Source: Candidatus Woesearchaeota archaeon (GTDB taxonomy: Archaea; Nanobdellota; Nanobdellia; SCGC-AAA011-G17; ARS1403). Taken from it: DNA of 52,745 bases. The notes under the pieces are model-generated. The model ran no database searches, was not told the origin of the DNA, and saw nothing but the letters and a program-made list of their open reading frames with translations. Position 1 is the stretch's first letter. The number at the start of each line of letters is the position of its first letter. Both the position numbers and the translations under genes were made by a program. The stretch lies in contig JACOZQ010000024.1 in the NCBI GenBank assembly GCA_016181275.1, positions 661 to 53,405 on the forward strand, written 5' to 3'. This document shows, one piece after another, positions 6,043-13,677 of this stretch.

Positions 6043-8752
6043 GTACAATAAATTATTTTTAATATTGCCTTTGTTAGCTATTTTGTTTGCAGGCAGTGCT
6101 AATGCCATTATTGATGCAAACATAAATTTCATCGGCACTGTTAATGAACACATAGAAGTTGAACCAAACCAGGATATTAATTTTGTTGCTACAGCAAACA
6201 GCACAAGACCAACATTCACAGTAGAACACGTGAGCTTGACTGATGCAAAGGATATCTTGATTAAAACATTTACAGATGTCAATGCAGCATTTAATTCTGC
6301 ATATGAATACACTGGAAAAGTAAGCGTCGGAACACCTGGGGTGTATAAGTTGGTTGTAGTTGCACATGATGATGACAATAAAGTTTCTGATACTATAACA
6401 TTTAGAGTAAAAGAATTTCCGCCGCAGCCGCCGCAGCCTCCAGCAAATACTTTGCCTGTATTGGTTATAAGAGTAAATGGTGTTGCAATCGGAAATGAAA
6501 TCAGCGCAAATGATGGAGAAAAGATTGCATTTGATTTATCTGGAAGCTATGATGCAGACAATGACAAATTAACTTATACTGCTGAAATCAGACCAGAAAA
6601 TTTCAACATGAGCCTTTCACTCGCACTCAACAAGAATATCAATGAATTATTCGAGCTTGCTGCAAGAGCTGATGCAATAAGCTATGATGTTTCATTTGCT
6701 TTAAGCGACGGAAAGACAAGCATCCAAAAAACAATAAAAGTAAGTGTTGCTGGAGCTCAACCTCCGCAGCCGCCACAGCCTCCAGTTGACAGCGATGTTG
6801 TCAGAGGAGACTTGGACTACGACGGGGATGTTGACTTTGCTGATTTTGTGATTTTCCAAACACACTTTAATTCAAGGCCTGGTTATTCAAACTGGAATCA
6901 TGAAGCTGACTTCAACGAAGACAATGAAGTTGAATTTTCTGATTTTGTAACATTAGACAAGAATATAGGAAAAAGCACTGGATTGAGCATTAGATTCCAA
7001 GTCAATGGAGCTGAAAAAAATTCAACAGAGATAAATGAAAATGATAACTTTGGATTCAATGTAATCAGCTCAGATAAAAATGGAAGGGCACTGTTCCTGG
7101 ATATAAACAGCGATATAGAAGTAAACAAGGCTGGAAGCGTCATAACAGGAAACACTAATTTTGAAACTGTAAAGCATCCTGCTACTGAAAAGCTTGCAAG
7201 AATCAGAGTAATTGGCAGCGACGGAGTAAACAAATTATTGAGAGTATTTTTAGTTGATGTTAATGACGTCGATAGATTGCCTGTTTTGCCAAATGAAGCA
7301 AGAATAAGAGAAGGAGAATTGGCTGGCGAGCAGAGCTTGTACATAGGAAATGTTTTAACATTAGTTCCAACAGATGCTGATTCAGAAGACAACAAGATTG
7401 AGCTAAAAGCAAAAAGCGCTCTTCCAAGAAAATCAAGAATTGAAGATAATAAATTCATCTGGGACATAAGAAGAAACCAAGGAAAAGATCAGCCTTATGC
7501 ACTAACTTTTGTCTTGAATGATGGCGTCAAAGAAGTTGAGCAGACTGTAAATATATTTATTGAAAACAATGTCTGGCCTCTTGATAATCTTCCTGAGACA
7601 AGCAATCCTGAAGCTGTATTGAGCTATCATAGCTTTGGACTTGAAAGCGACAATGCTGCCAGGGTTAGAGTATCTGCATTCAATTCTGATGACAGGCAGG
7701 ATTTCAAGAATGAGCTTGAGTACAGGTATGACTTCAATGGCGATGGAAAATGGGATACAGAATATTCCAAGGATATAACCAAAAGCACAATAACAAAGGA
7801 ATACGGCCCAGAATTCTTCGGATTAAATGGATTTGCTTATGTAACTATAAAGCTGCAGGTTCGTGATCTGGATGGAGATGAAAGTGGAATTGTTTCCCAG
7901 CAAGTTGAAATCATGGGAGGAAGAATACCAAGGCAACCATTTGTACCTCAAGATCAACCACCACAGCCTCCTGTACAGCCGCCGCAGCCTCCGCAACCAC
8001 CTCAGCCGCCGCAGCCAGAGATTTGTGATGGGATTGACAATAATCTAAATGGACAAGTTGATGAAGGGAATGTATGCCCTCCACCAGTTCCAGGGGTTAA
8101 TAGCAATCCAATATTAATAGTATTAAGAAATAATGCTGCAGTGAGCTCAGTAACTATAAATGAAGGAGAATCTCTTTCATTGGCTTTGAATGCTGTTGAT
8201 CCAGATGGAGACAATATAAGATTTGAAGTACAGAACAATCCTACTGGATCTTCTTTGGCTGGAAATTCATTCAGCTGGACTCCAAGCAATGTTCAAGCTG
8301 GAACTTATGCATTAACATTCAGAGCATTAGATGTTGATGCAAACGGCATGTTGAAAGGCGGAAGCGACAGCGAGCAAGTAACAATTATAGTGAAAGATGT
8401 TCTAGCTCCCTTGGGAAAACCAACTAAGAGAGTAGTTCATAGCTTAGACGTTGGAAGCATAATTGTAAACAGCTGGGACACAGTTGAAGCTGGCGACATT
8501 ATTGACGTTGATGTAGTTGCTAAGAACAGGGGAAATGAAAAAGCAAAAGATGTGAGAGTTACTTTGGAAATACCTCAATTTAATTATCTCTCAAGAAGTG
8601 ACGAATTCAGCATAAAGAAAAGGCATGACGAGATAAGAAGCTTTAGCGTTGAAATTCCTGAAGATGCTGAAGCTGGAATGGTGTTTGCAATTGTAACTGT
8701 AAGTAATGACAAAGATGAAGAAAGGGAGGTGATGGGCTTTTTGGTTGAGTAG
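6035..8752 (+). CDS. Large modular cell-surface protein (signal peptide, PPQ linkers, dockerin-like Ca-binding repeats, PKD/cadherin-like modules, CARDB-like C-terminus)
   Basis: - Signal peptide MNKYNKLFLILPLLAILFAGSANA after GGAGG 6022-6026.
- PPQPPQPP linkers at three sites.
- DLDYDGDVDFADFVIF plus DFNEDNEVEFSDFV, a dockerin-type pair.
- YRYDFNGDGKWD, PKD-like.
- ICDGIDNNLNGQVDEG, resembling the CxDGxDxDCDGxxDE motif.
- VAKNRGNEKAKDVRVTLEIP, CARDB-like. Confidence 0.8.
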   Translation: MNKYNKLFLILPLLAILFAGSANAIIDANINFIGTVNEHIEVEPNQDINFVATANSTRPTFTVEHVSLTDAKDILIKTFTDVNAAFNSAYEYTGKVSVGTPGVYKLVVVAHDDDNKVSDTITFRVKEFPPQPPQPPANTLPVLVIRVNGVAIGNEISANDGEKIAFDLSGSYDADNDKLTYTAEIRPENFNMSLSLALNKNINELFELAARADAISYDVSFALSDGKTSIQKTIKVSVAGAQPPQPPQPPVDSDVVRGDLDYDGDVDFADFVIFQTHFNSRPGYSNWNHEADFNEDNEVEFSDFVTLDKNIGKSTGLSIRFQVNGAEKNSTEINENDNFGFNVISSDKNGRALFLDINSDIEVNKAGSVITGNTNFETVKHPATEKLARIRVIGSDGVNKLLRVFLVDVNDVDRLPVLPNEARIREGELAGEQSLYIGNVLTLVPTDADSEDNKIELKAKSALPRKSRIEDNKFIWDIRRNQGKDQPYALTFVLNDGVKEVEQTVNIFIENNVWPLDNLPETSNPEAVLSYHSFGLESDNAARVRVSAFNSDDRQDFKNELEYRYDFNGDGKWDTEYSKDITKSTITKEYGPEFFGLNGFAYVTIKLQVRDLDGDESGIVSQQVEIMGGRIPRQPFVPQDQPPQPPVQPPQPPQPPQPPQPEICDGIDNNLNGQVDEGNVCPPPVPGVNSNPILIVLRNNAAVSSVTINEGESLSLALNAVDPDGDNIRFEVQNNPTGSSLAGNSFSWTPSNVQAGTYALTFRALDVDANGMLKGGSDSEQVTIIVKDVLAPLGKPTKRVVHSLDVGSIIVNSWDTVEAGDIIDVDVVAKNRGNEKAKDVRVTLEIPQFNYLSRSDEFSIKKRHDEIRSFSVEIPEDAEAGMVFAIVTVSNDKDEEREVMGFLVE

Positions 8753-8848
8753 ATTATTGCTGGTGTTATTACTGCCAGTGACAATTTACCACCAAAAGGT
8801 TTATAAACAATGTTTAACTATAAAATAACAACATTTAGGGGGTTTAAA

Positions 8849-10138
8849 ATGAGATTTAATGCATTAAGTATCATGGTGATATTCTTGCTAGCTATGGTTA
8901 GCACAGTTTCAGCTGGAGTAAGTCCAGACTACGACATTGACAAAGTTGAGATTGATGGAAGAATTGTAAGTGAATCAGATGTAAGCTTTATAACATTGGA
9001 AAGAGGAGACAGCCTTGATTTAGATATCTGGGTTACTGGAAAATCAACTGGTGCTGTGAAAGATGATATAAAAGTCAAAGCATGGATCGGCGGATATGAG
9101 TATGGCGATGTTGCTGAAAATACAAAAATTTTCAAAGTTGAGCCTAATGGCATCTACAAAAAAACTTTAAGTGTTTCTCTGCCTGATGACTTAGATGCTG
9201 ATGACAATGGTAATTCTGAGAAATATACTTTGCATGTTGAAGCATTTGATAGTGACAATGAAGTAAGAAAGAGTTTCAGCTTGAGAGTAGAAGAGAGCAT
9301 GCATGATTTAAGATTAATTGATGTCATCTTCAGACCAGGAACTATTGTTAACGCTGGCGACATGCTGTTCACAACTGTTAGAGTTGAAAACATGGGCGAC
9401 AAGAAAGAAGAAGACGTTCAAGTAAGAGTTTCCATACCAGAATTAGGATTTGTCGCAAGAGACTATATTGACGAATTAGTTCCTCATGACTCTAATAATG
9501 ATGACGAGGAAAAATCCGATGATATAGACCTATTCGGCAGAATTCCAAGAAATGCAAGATCTGGCGAGTATGATGTTAAAGTTGAATTGATCTTTAACAG
9601 AGGACATGATTCAATCAGCGAAAACCACAGATTAATAATTGAAGGAGAGGGTGTTGCTGCTGATACTGACTCTGTTGTCAGCGTAGATTCAACAAGAAAA
9701 GACGCTAAAGTTGGCGAAACTGTTTCATATAAAGTTATGATTGCTAACTTTGGAGACGAAAGAACAACTTACTCTGCTGAAGTATCTGGCGCAGGAGCAT
9801 GGGGAAGCGTTTCTGTTGACCCTGCATTTGTAACACTAAACGCTGGAGAAACTGGCGAGCTATTTGTAAGAACAACTCCTAATACAGCTGGCGAACAGGC
9901 TTTCACTGTAAAAGTAAAAGCTAACGGCCAAACTATAAAGGAGATGAACTTGCAGACTGGTGTTGCTTCTGGAAGCGATGTTAGAAGAGGATTAGAAATC
10001 GGATTCGCTGTACTGGCAATCTTATTGGTAATCCTTGGCTTGATAATTGCCTTCACAAAATTAAGAGGCAATGGTTCTGAAGAAGAGCCTGAGATGGGCG
10101 CTGGAGAAGAGAGAGAAGCAGGACAGACTTATTACTAA
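8849..10138 (+). CDS. S-layer/CARDB-type surface protein with a C-terminal transmembrane anchor
   Basis: GGGGG precedes ATG 8849. The signal peptide is MRFNALSIMVIFLLAMVSTVSA. CARDB-like strands are present (VRVENMGDKKEEDVQVRVSIPE; VMIANFGDERTTYSAEV). The C-terminal TM span GFAVLAILLVILGLIIAF is followed by an acidic tail. Confidence 0.8.
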   Translation: MRFNALSIMVIFLLAMVSTVSAGVSPDYDIDKVEIDGRIVSESDVSFITLERGDSLDLDIWVTGKSTGAVKDDIKVKAWIGGYEYGDVAENTKIFKVEPNGIYKKTLSVSLPDDLDADDNGNSEKYTLHVEAFDSDNEVRKSFSLRVEESMHDLRLIDVIFRPGTIVNAGDMLFTTVRVENMGDKKEEDVQVRVSIPELGFVARDYIDELVPHDSNNDDEEKSDDIDLFGRIPRNARSGEYDVKVELIFNRGHDSISENHRLIIEGEGVAADTDSVVSVDSTRKDAKVGETVSYKVMIANFGDERTTYSAEVSGAGAWGSVSVDPAFVTLNAGETGELFVRTTPNTAGEQAFTVKVKANGQTIKEMNLQTGVASGSDVRRGLEIGFAVLAILLVILGLIIAFTKLRGNGSEEEPEMGAGEEREAGQTYY

Positions 10139-10224
10139 GTCTCTTGTTTTTTTCTTTTTTTAATTTAATTTAATTTTTAAAAATTAACATAAATAAAATA
10201 AGGTTGATTAGGAAATTAAACAAG

Positions 10225-10566
10225 ATGAAATCACAAAAAAAAAGCTTATACGTAGCAGTTTTTAGTGGACTAGTTTCTTTAGGTACGGGTTATGGTGCAT
10301 ATTATAGTTTCAAATCTGGCAATAATCTTCTTTTAATTTCTAATCTTGGTTTCAGCATTGCTAATCTTGGTTTTGCATATCAAAATTTTCAACATTATAG
10401 GGTTGGAAGAATTTTAGATAATCTGGAAAAAACAATTGAAGAAGGAAAAAAGACAATGAGTAATGCTATTACTACTGTCGATAATGCAATTCATACTCTT
10501 GAATCAGAGCTTGTAAAAAATCAGATAAAAGCATTGGGGAATACTGGATTGGAAGATATAGAATAA
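10225..10566 (+). CDS. Small membrane protein (two hydrophobic spans plus a helical tail)
   Basis: The ATG at 10225 is preferred over the TTG at 10204. Hydrophobic spans are LYVAVFSGLVSLGTGYGAYY and LLLISNLGFSIANLGFA. No family was recognised. Confidence 0.5.
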   Translation: MKSQKKSLYVAVFSGLVSLGTGYGAYYSFKSGNNLLLISNLGFSIANLGFAYQNFQHYRVGRILDNLEKTIEEGKKTMSNAITTVDNAIHTLESELVKNQIKALGNTGLEDIE

Positions 10567-10610
10567 AATTTTTAGACAAAAAATTTGTAAAATAATTTTT
10601 CATTTTTCTT

Positions 10611-10650
10611 TTTTTCTTTGGACACGATTTCTTTTTTTTAAAAAAGAAAG
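10611..10650 (+). repeat. Copy B of the conserved post-stop element
   Basis: 10611-10637 is identical to 561-587. The same A/T hairpin arms follow, with one extra T in the loop. It lies 45 nt after the stop at 10566. Confidence 0.6.
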
Positions 10651-10795
10651 TGTGAGAGGAAAGCAATGAAAACGCAGTTTTCATCAGCGAATGAAATGAG
10701 CGGTTAAGATTTTTACTTCTTTTCCTAAACTGTAACTTTTATAAACCTTGAGATTATTGAATATTTAACTAATTTAACAGATGGAGGGATTATAA

Positions 10796-10939
10796 ATGGT
10801 AGAAGGACACTGCATGAAATGTAAATCAAAAAGAGAGATGAAAAATGCCAAACAAGTCAAGATGAAGAATGGAAGAGAAGCTGTTCAAGGCGTTTGCGAA
10901 AAGTGCGGAACAAAGATGTTCAAGATCGGCAAGATGTAA
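10796..10939 (+). CDS. Small zinc-ribbon protein (DUF5679-like), 47 aa
   Basis: This ORF is below the ORF-track size cutoff. GGAGGG at 10784-10789 precedes the ATG. The product is MVEGHCMKCKSKREMKNAKQVKMKNGREAVQGVCEKCGTKMFKIGKM, with two CxxC pairs. It matches my recollection of a small zinc-ribbon family common in archaea. Confidence 0.75.
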   Translation: MVEGHCMKCKSKREMKNAKQVKMKNGREAVQGVCEKCGTKMFKIGKM

Positions 10940-10956
10940 GTTAAGGGGTAATTCCT

Positions 10957-11379
10957 TTAACTTATTTCTATTTTATCTCCAATTTTAATATTATATTTCT
11001 CAGTTAAATTTGAATTTATTTCCAAGACGTATCTTGCTTTCTTATCTGGAATAATTGAGCTACATTCCTCTTCATTGCAAAGTTGAGCATCTCTCTTTAT
11101 GAAGACTATCTCCTTGTTTTCATTTATCCAAATTATATCCAATGGAATTAAAGTATTCTTCATCCAGAATCCATAAAAATTCTCCTCTTGAAAGATAAAC
11201 AGCATTCCAGAATCTTCTTCTAAATAATTTCTAAACATTAATCCCTGAGCTCGTTCTATTTGATTATCTGCAATTTCCACATTGAAAACTTTTTCATTGA
11301 TTTTAACCTGCTTGCTTGAATCACATCCTGAAACAAAGAGTAATATCAAGATTATTAAAACAACTAATAATTTTTTCAT
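10957..11379 (-). CDS. DUF192-family protein, probable lipoprotein
   Basis: The lipobox-like signal is LLFVSGC. The motifs AQGLMFR, GMLFIF, FWMKNTLIPLDIIWI and YVLEI are characteristic of DUF192/COG1430. Confidence 0.8.
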   Translation of the reverse strand: MKKLLVVLIILILLFVSGCDSSKQVKINEKVFNVEIADNQIERAQGLMFRNYLEEDSGMLFIFQEENFYGFWMKNTLIPLDIIWINENKEIVFIKRDAQLCNEEECSSIIPDKKARYVLEINSNLTEKYNIKIGDKIEIS

Positions 11380-11492
11380 TGTATAAAATAAATATAACAG
11401 GTTTATAATATTTTAGTAACATCTTAATAATAAAAAGTGAATAAGTCATGGTATTCAAAAGATATAAATATTCAGATTAACTATTATTTTAG

Positions 11493-12377
11493 ATGGTTAA
11501 CAATGCTAAGACTCCTATAGGTATAATTTATTATGAGGCCTACCATGATTATGAAGACAAGATGCTGCCGAGAGCTTTGAAGAAAAAGAATATGGATTTG
11601 GTTTTGATACCGGCTGAAAAACAGCTTGATTTTTATGAGATCAGGGAAAGAACAAAGAAATGCAAAATAATCTACAATGATACAATATGCCAACCGATGC
11701 TTTTTGAATCCCTTGAATTGTCTAAAACCCTTGAAGAATTTGGAAAGAAAGTCATCAATTCTTCGTATTCATTTTTTTATCAGGAAGATAGATGGATGTT
11801 TTACTTAAAATGCCTAGAGCATGGAATACCAACTCCAAAGACATACTTATTGCATAAAGAAACAAAGTATTCAAAAGATGCAATAAAAGAAGTATTAAAA
11901 AAGAATCCTCTTGTCTTGAAAGGAATATTTTCTGACAATGCAAAATTGGTTGAGAAGGTTGCAGACTATAATAATTTTTTAAAGAAGATAAAAAAAATTT
12001 CCAACAAGGATAAAGAATCTCCTATTATAGCCCAGGAATATATCCAGCATGAGAATAAAAGCTACAGGGCTACAATGATCAACTATAAATTGAAGCAATT
12101 CACAGCCAAGATAAGCAAAAACTGGAAGCAGACTGGGAGCGAGAAAGAGCATTTCAGGCTTGCCAAGGTAAACAAATATGTTAAAGACCTTTGCGAGAGA
12201 ACTGCAAGAATACTTGGGATGCCTATATGCGGCATGGACCTGATTTTTAATAGTGGAAAGTGGTATATCATAGAGGCCAATAGCTGCCCTGCACTGAATT
12301 TTATATACGAAGATGAAAAAAGATTAATAAAAATCCTTGCTAATTACCTTTATTCTGAATGCAAAAAACTGAAATAA
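11493..12377 (+). CDS. ATP-grasp fold ligase (RimK-like)
   Basis: PLVLKGIFSDNAKLVEKV, IIAQEYIQH, and CGMDLIFNSGKWYIIEANSCPALN follow the ATP-grasp motif order. Confidence 0.65.
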   Translation: MVNNAKTPIGIIYYEAYHDYEDKMLPRALKKKNMDLVLIPAEKQLDFYEIRERTKKCKIIYNDTICQPMLFESLELSKTLEEFGKKVINSSYSFFYQEDRWMFYLKCLEHGIPTPKTYLLHKETKYSKDAIKEVLKKNPLVLKGIFSDNAKLVEKVADYNNFLKKIKKISNKDKESPIIAQEYIQHENKSYRATMINYKLKQFTAKISKNWKQTGSEKEHFRLAKVNKYVKDLCERTARILGMPICGMDLIFNSGKWYIIEANSCPALNFIYEDEKRLIKILANYLYSECKKLK

Positions 12378-12423
12378 TATTTTTAGGATTATATTTATAA
12401 AAGCATTGCAAACATAATTTTAC

Positions 12424-12891
12424 ATGCCGCATATTCACGACAAGATTGATTTCACTGTGGAAGTTTTCATTGTTTACAAAAATGAAGTTCTGCTCAGAAA
12501 GCATGACAAATATAAGATTTGGCTGAGTGTCGGAGGCCATATTGAATTGGATGAAGACCCTAACCTTGCTGCTGTCCGCGAAGTCAAAGAAGAAGTTGGG
12601 CTAGATATTCAGTTATATCATGATGGCAGTGAATTGACTAAACTAGATGGCTATACAGAATTAATTCCTCCCCAATTCATGAACAGGCATAGAATTAATG
12701 ATACTCATGAACATGTAAGCCTGATTTATTTTGCAAGAGCTAAAACTAATAAGCTTGTTCTTTGTGAAAAAGAAAAAAGCGATGAATGCAGATGGTTTAC
12801 AATGGAAGACCTTGAGGATAAGAAATATGATCTTAGCGATAAAATTAAAATGTATGCACGAAGCGCTTTGGGAAAACTTTCAGAATGTTAA
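12424..12891 (+). CDS. NUDIX hydrolase
   Basis: The complete Nudix box GGHIELDEDPNLAAVREVKEEVGL (Gx5Ex7REUxEExGU) is present. Confidence 0.85.
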   Translation: MPHIHDKIDFTVEVFIVYKNEVLLRKHDKYKIWLSVGGHIELDEDPNLAAVREVKEEVGLDIQLYHDGSELTKLDGYTELIPPQFMNRHRINDTHEHVSLIYFARAKTNKLVLCEKEKSDECRWFTMEDLEDKKYDLSDKIKMYARSALGKLSEC

Positions 12892-13631
12892 AATGAGGAT
12901 TTTTTTCTTATGTGCTGCAAACGCTTCAAGTCTATTTTAGCAGTGATCATTCCTTCTTTTCCAAATTTTTCTTTTAGAATTTTATGAGGCTCTGCTATTG
13001 CGGTATAAGATGTCAACCGGTTTTCATTCTTATCGATCGGGTTGCAGAAAACAACATAGGATAGGTTTTCATAAGCTCTTGCTAAAATCAAAGACTGCAA
13101 AATTTTCTTTTCAAATTTTTTATGATTTCTTTTGTGCAACCATTCATCATAACACCAGTACATCGGGCAGAAAATTATTTTTGCTCCTTTTTTAGCCATC
13201 CTATTTATTGCATTTGGATTTGAAATATCCCAGCAGATTGCAATTCCTATCTTGCAAAAAGGTGTGTTGTAAATATCAAATTTTGATCCGGGCATTACTG
13301 GACCGTCGCCGAGAACATGAACTTTCTTGTGCTTGCCGGATGTTTTCCCTTTATCGTCGATGATTACAGCTGATTTGTATGAGTATTTTTTTTCTTTTAA
13401 ATTGGCGGCGATTATGCACCATATTTTATAGAATTTGCAATATTCTTTTATTTTTGAGATGATTTCCTTGTTTTTCTTAGGACCCTCTGAAATAGATCCT
13501 TCAGGAAAGCAAATTATTTCCACTTTTCTTTTTTTTGCCTGTTGAATATATTTTTTAATATCATTAATTATAGAAGATACTGGTTTATTAATATTTAACT
13601 GAGCTGCTGCAATCTTAAAATTATTTTTCAT
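12888..13631 (-). CDS. Carbon-nitrogen hydrolase (nitrilase superfamily)
   Basis: The E-K-C triad contexts are present: ICFPEGS, GKHKKVHV, and IGIAICWD. Confidence 0.8.
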   Translation of the reverse strand: MKNNFKIAAAQLNINKPVSSIINDIKKYIQQAKKRKVEIICFPEGSISEGPKKNKEIISKIKEYCKFYKIWCIIAANLKEKKYSYKSAVIIDDKGKTSGKHKKVHVLGDGPVMPGSKFDIYNTPFCKIGIAICWDISNPNAINRMAKKGAKIIFCPMYWCYDEWLHKRNHKKFEKKILQSLILARAYENLSYVVFCNPIDKNENRLTSYTAIAEPHKILKEKFGKEGMITAKIDLKRLQHIRKKSSF

Positions 13632-13677
13632 AATTATAAGAAGGGATTTTTATTTATATAGATTTAGTTTTTAACGG

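Noticed and set aside
6419-8016. The GC-rich CCGCAGCC repeats considered as a CRISPR array or other non-coding tandem repeat.
   Set aside because: They are in-frame within a long ORF, encode PPQ linkers, are not separated by unique spacers of regular length, and have no associated cas genes.
6007-9402. Antisense or alternate-frame ORFs within the surface-protein genes (6007-6378, 6074-6367, 6898-7467, 7863-8048, 8002-8289, 8584-8784, 8929-9402). The alternate-frame ORF 5213-5503 belongs to the same class.
   Set aside because: They are contained in long, domain-bearing ORFs with signal peptides. Their products are low-complexity and lack any motif.
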